Source of the DNA: Ilumatobacteraceae bacterium
GTDB lineage: Bacteria; Actinomycetota; Acidimicrobiia; Acidimicrobiales; Ilumatobacteraceae
Reading direction: 5' to 3'
Assembly (NCBI GenBank): GCA_035633295.1
Contig: DASQFE010000603.1
Coordinates: forward strand, 1 to 50,053
Length of the DNA stretch: 50,053 bases
Shown here: piece by piece, positions 49,324 through 50,053 of the stretch
Position numbering within the stretch: position 1 is the stretch's first letter
Layout: the number at the start of each line of letters is the position of its first letter
Notes under the pieces: model-generated
Seen by the model: the letters and a program-made list of their open reading frames with translations, nothing else
The model's database searches: none
What the model was told of the DNA's origin: nothing
Translations under genes and position numbers: made by a program

Positions 49324-50053
49324 GTAACGACCTCGGTCAGTAGCGGTGCCACGTCGGCACCGAACATCTGGAGTTGCTCACACAACTCGTCGCAACTGCG
49401 GGCCTTGAACCGCACTTGCAGTTGGTTCACGCCGTCGGCGGCGCCGGCGAGAACGCGCTCGGCGATGCTCGGCGGTGAGCCGCTCAACGTGGCCTCGCCG
49501 ACATCCCACGACGGCGAGCCGACGTACAGGAACGGAGTGATGTGGCCGATCGCCATCGGGTGCTCGGCGCGTCCCGCCGACCTCCGCTCCTCCTGCAACA
49601 TCGCCACCATGTTGGCATCCGAAGGTCCCTGCGGAAGCCATCCATCGGCCATGCGGGCTGCTCGCTTGATGGCTGCGGGCGATGATCCCGCAACCCAGAT
49701 CGGTGGCCGTGGCTGCTGCACCGGGCGGGGACGGGCGCCGAATCCGTCGACGAACTCGCTCGTCAGTGCCGCGTCCAGAACCGGAATGCCGGCGTCGACC
49801 ATGCTGCCCCGACGTGTGAAGTCGACGCCGAGGTGCTCGAACTCGGCCTGGACATGCCCGGCGCCGATGCCACAGATCATGCGGCCACCCGACAGATGGT
49901 CGACCGTGGCGAACTGCTTGGCGGCGATCAGTGGGTGACGGTACGGGAGCACGTAGACGTGGCTCAACAGCATCACCCGTGTGGTGAGCGCAGCCAGCCA
50001 ACTCAGCGTGGCGATGGGGTCGACCCAGTGAGTGCCCATCGAATCCGCCGCTG
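49320..50053 (-). CDS. LLM-class F420-type oxidoreductase; N-terminus lies beyond the right edge
   Basis: DHLSGGRMICGIGAGH and PIWVAGSSPAAIKRAARMADGWLP. The frame stays open to the window end. The canonical ~40-aa LLM N-terminus is missing, so Met 50039 is not the true start. Confidence 0.8.
   Translation of the reverse strand, partial: AADSMGTHWVDPIATLSWLAALTTRVMLLSHVYVLPYRHPLIAAKQFATVDHLSGGRMICGIGAGHVQAEFEHLGVDFTRRGSMVDAGIPVLDAALTSEFVDGFGARPRPVQQPRPPIWVAGSSPAAIKRAARMADGWLPQGPSDANMVAMLQEERRSAGRAEHPMAIGHITPFLYVGSPSWDVGEATLSGSPPSIAERVLAGAADGVNQLQVRFKARSCDELCEQLQMFGADVAPLLTEVVT

Noticed and set aside
47623-49938. Very long ORFs antisense to the called genes. Examples: 47623..49938(+) 771 aa, 40149..42134(-) 661 aa, 13409..15166(-) 585 aa, 30279..32006(+) 575 aa, 26408..27817(+) 469 aa, 33313..34584(+), 35227..36483(+), 36627..37856(+), 14727..15944(-), 17678..18751(-).
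   Set aside because: Their products are Arg/Gly/Pro/His/Asp-rich with no recognisable motifs. The opposite strand encodes proteins with clear catalytic signatures. Long shadow ORFs are expected in a high-GC genome because stop codons are rare in the antisense frames.
1-50053. KstR-type (TnnAACnnGTTnnA) and KstR2-type (AnCAAGnnCTTGnT) operators, regulator genes, tRNA/rRNA genes, transposases and integrases.
   Set aside because: I looked through every intergenic region by eye and found none. Every sizeable ORF is accounted for by an enzyme, transporter or unknown protein without a helix-turn-helix-like N-terminus. A computational scan would be needed to be certain about degenerate boxes.

Overview
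High-GC, actinobacterial-type 50-kb window that is almost entirely coding. I call 51 protein genes. I see no rRNA or tRNA gene, no CRISPR array, no transposase or integrase, and no transcription-factor gene.

Gene content: this is a steroid/lipid catabolic island.
- echA20-ipdA-ipdB-ipdC block of steroid C/D-ring (HIP) degradation.
- CYP142-like P450 and alpha-methylacyl-CoA racemase.
- Two FadD17/19-type CoA ligases plus one other acyl-CoA synthetase.
- A ChsE-type alpha/beta acyl-CoA dehydrogenase pair.
- Two Cys-less Ltp-type thiolase-like proteins with two DUF35 partners.
- An MFE-2/Hsd4A-type dehydrogenase and six further classical SDRs.
- Five luciferase-like (F420-type) oxidoreductases.
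- Two amidohydrolase_2 proteins flanking an acetoacetate-decarboxylase-family protein.
- A Liv/HAAT-type ABC importer.
- No ring A/B genes (kshA, kstD, hsa) are in the window.

Main non-coding signals:
1. A 17-bp palindrome, TCTGACG-N3-CGTCAGA, occurs seven times and only in promoter regions. It differs from the KstR and KstR2 boxes as I recall them.
2. Eight genes have a TANNNT hexamer 6-8 nt upstream of the start codon, which is leaderless geometry. The palindrome often fills the promoter spacer.
3. Short 13-16 bp tandem duplications make up several intercistronic spacers. Two of them encode relay mini-ORFs joined by 4-nt overlaps to both the upstream stop and the downstream start.

The island is also unusually rich in catalytically degenerate partner proteins. 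These are a pseudo-HMG-CoA synthase fused to DUF35, a half-SDR, a truncated ThDP-enzyme-like protein, a MaoC hotdog without the Asp/His motif, and an ACAD beta subunit.

All functional calls come from motif recognition by eye. No searches were run.
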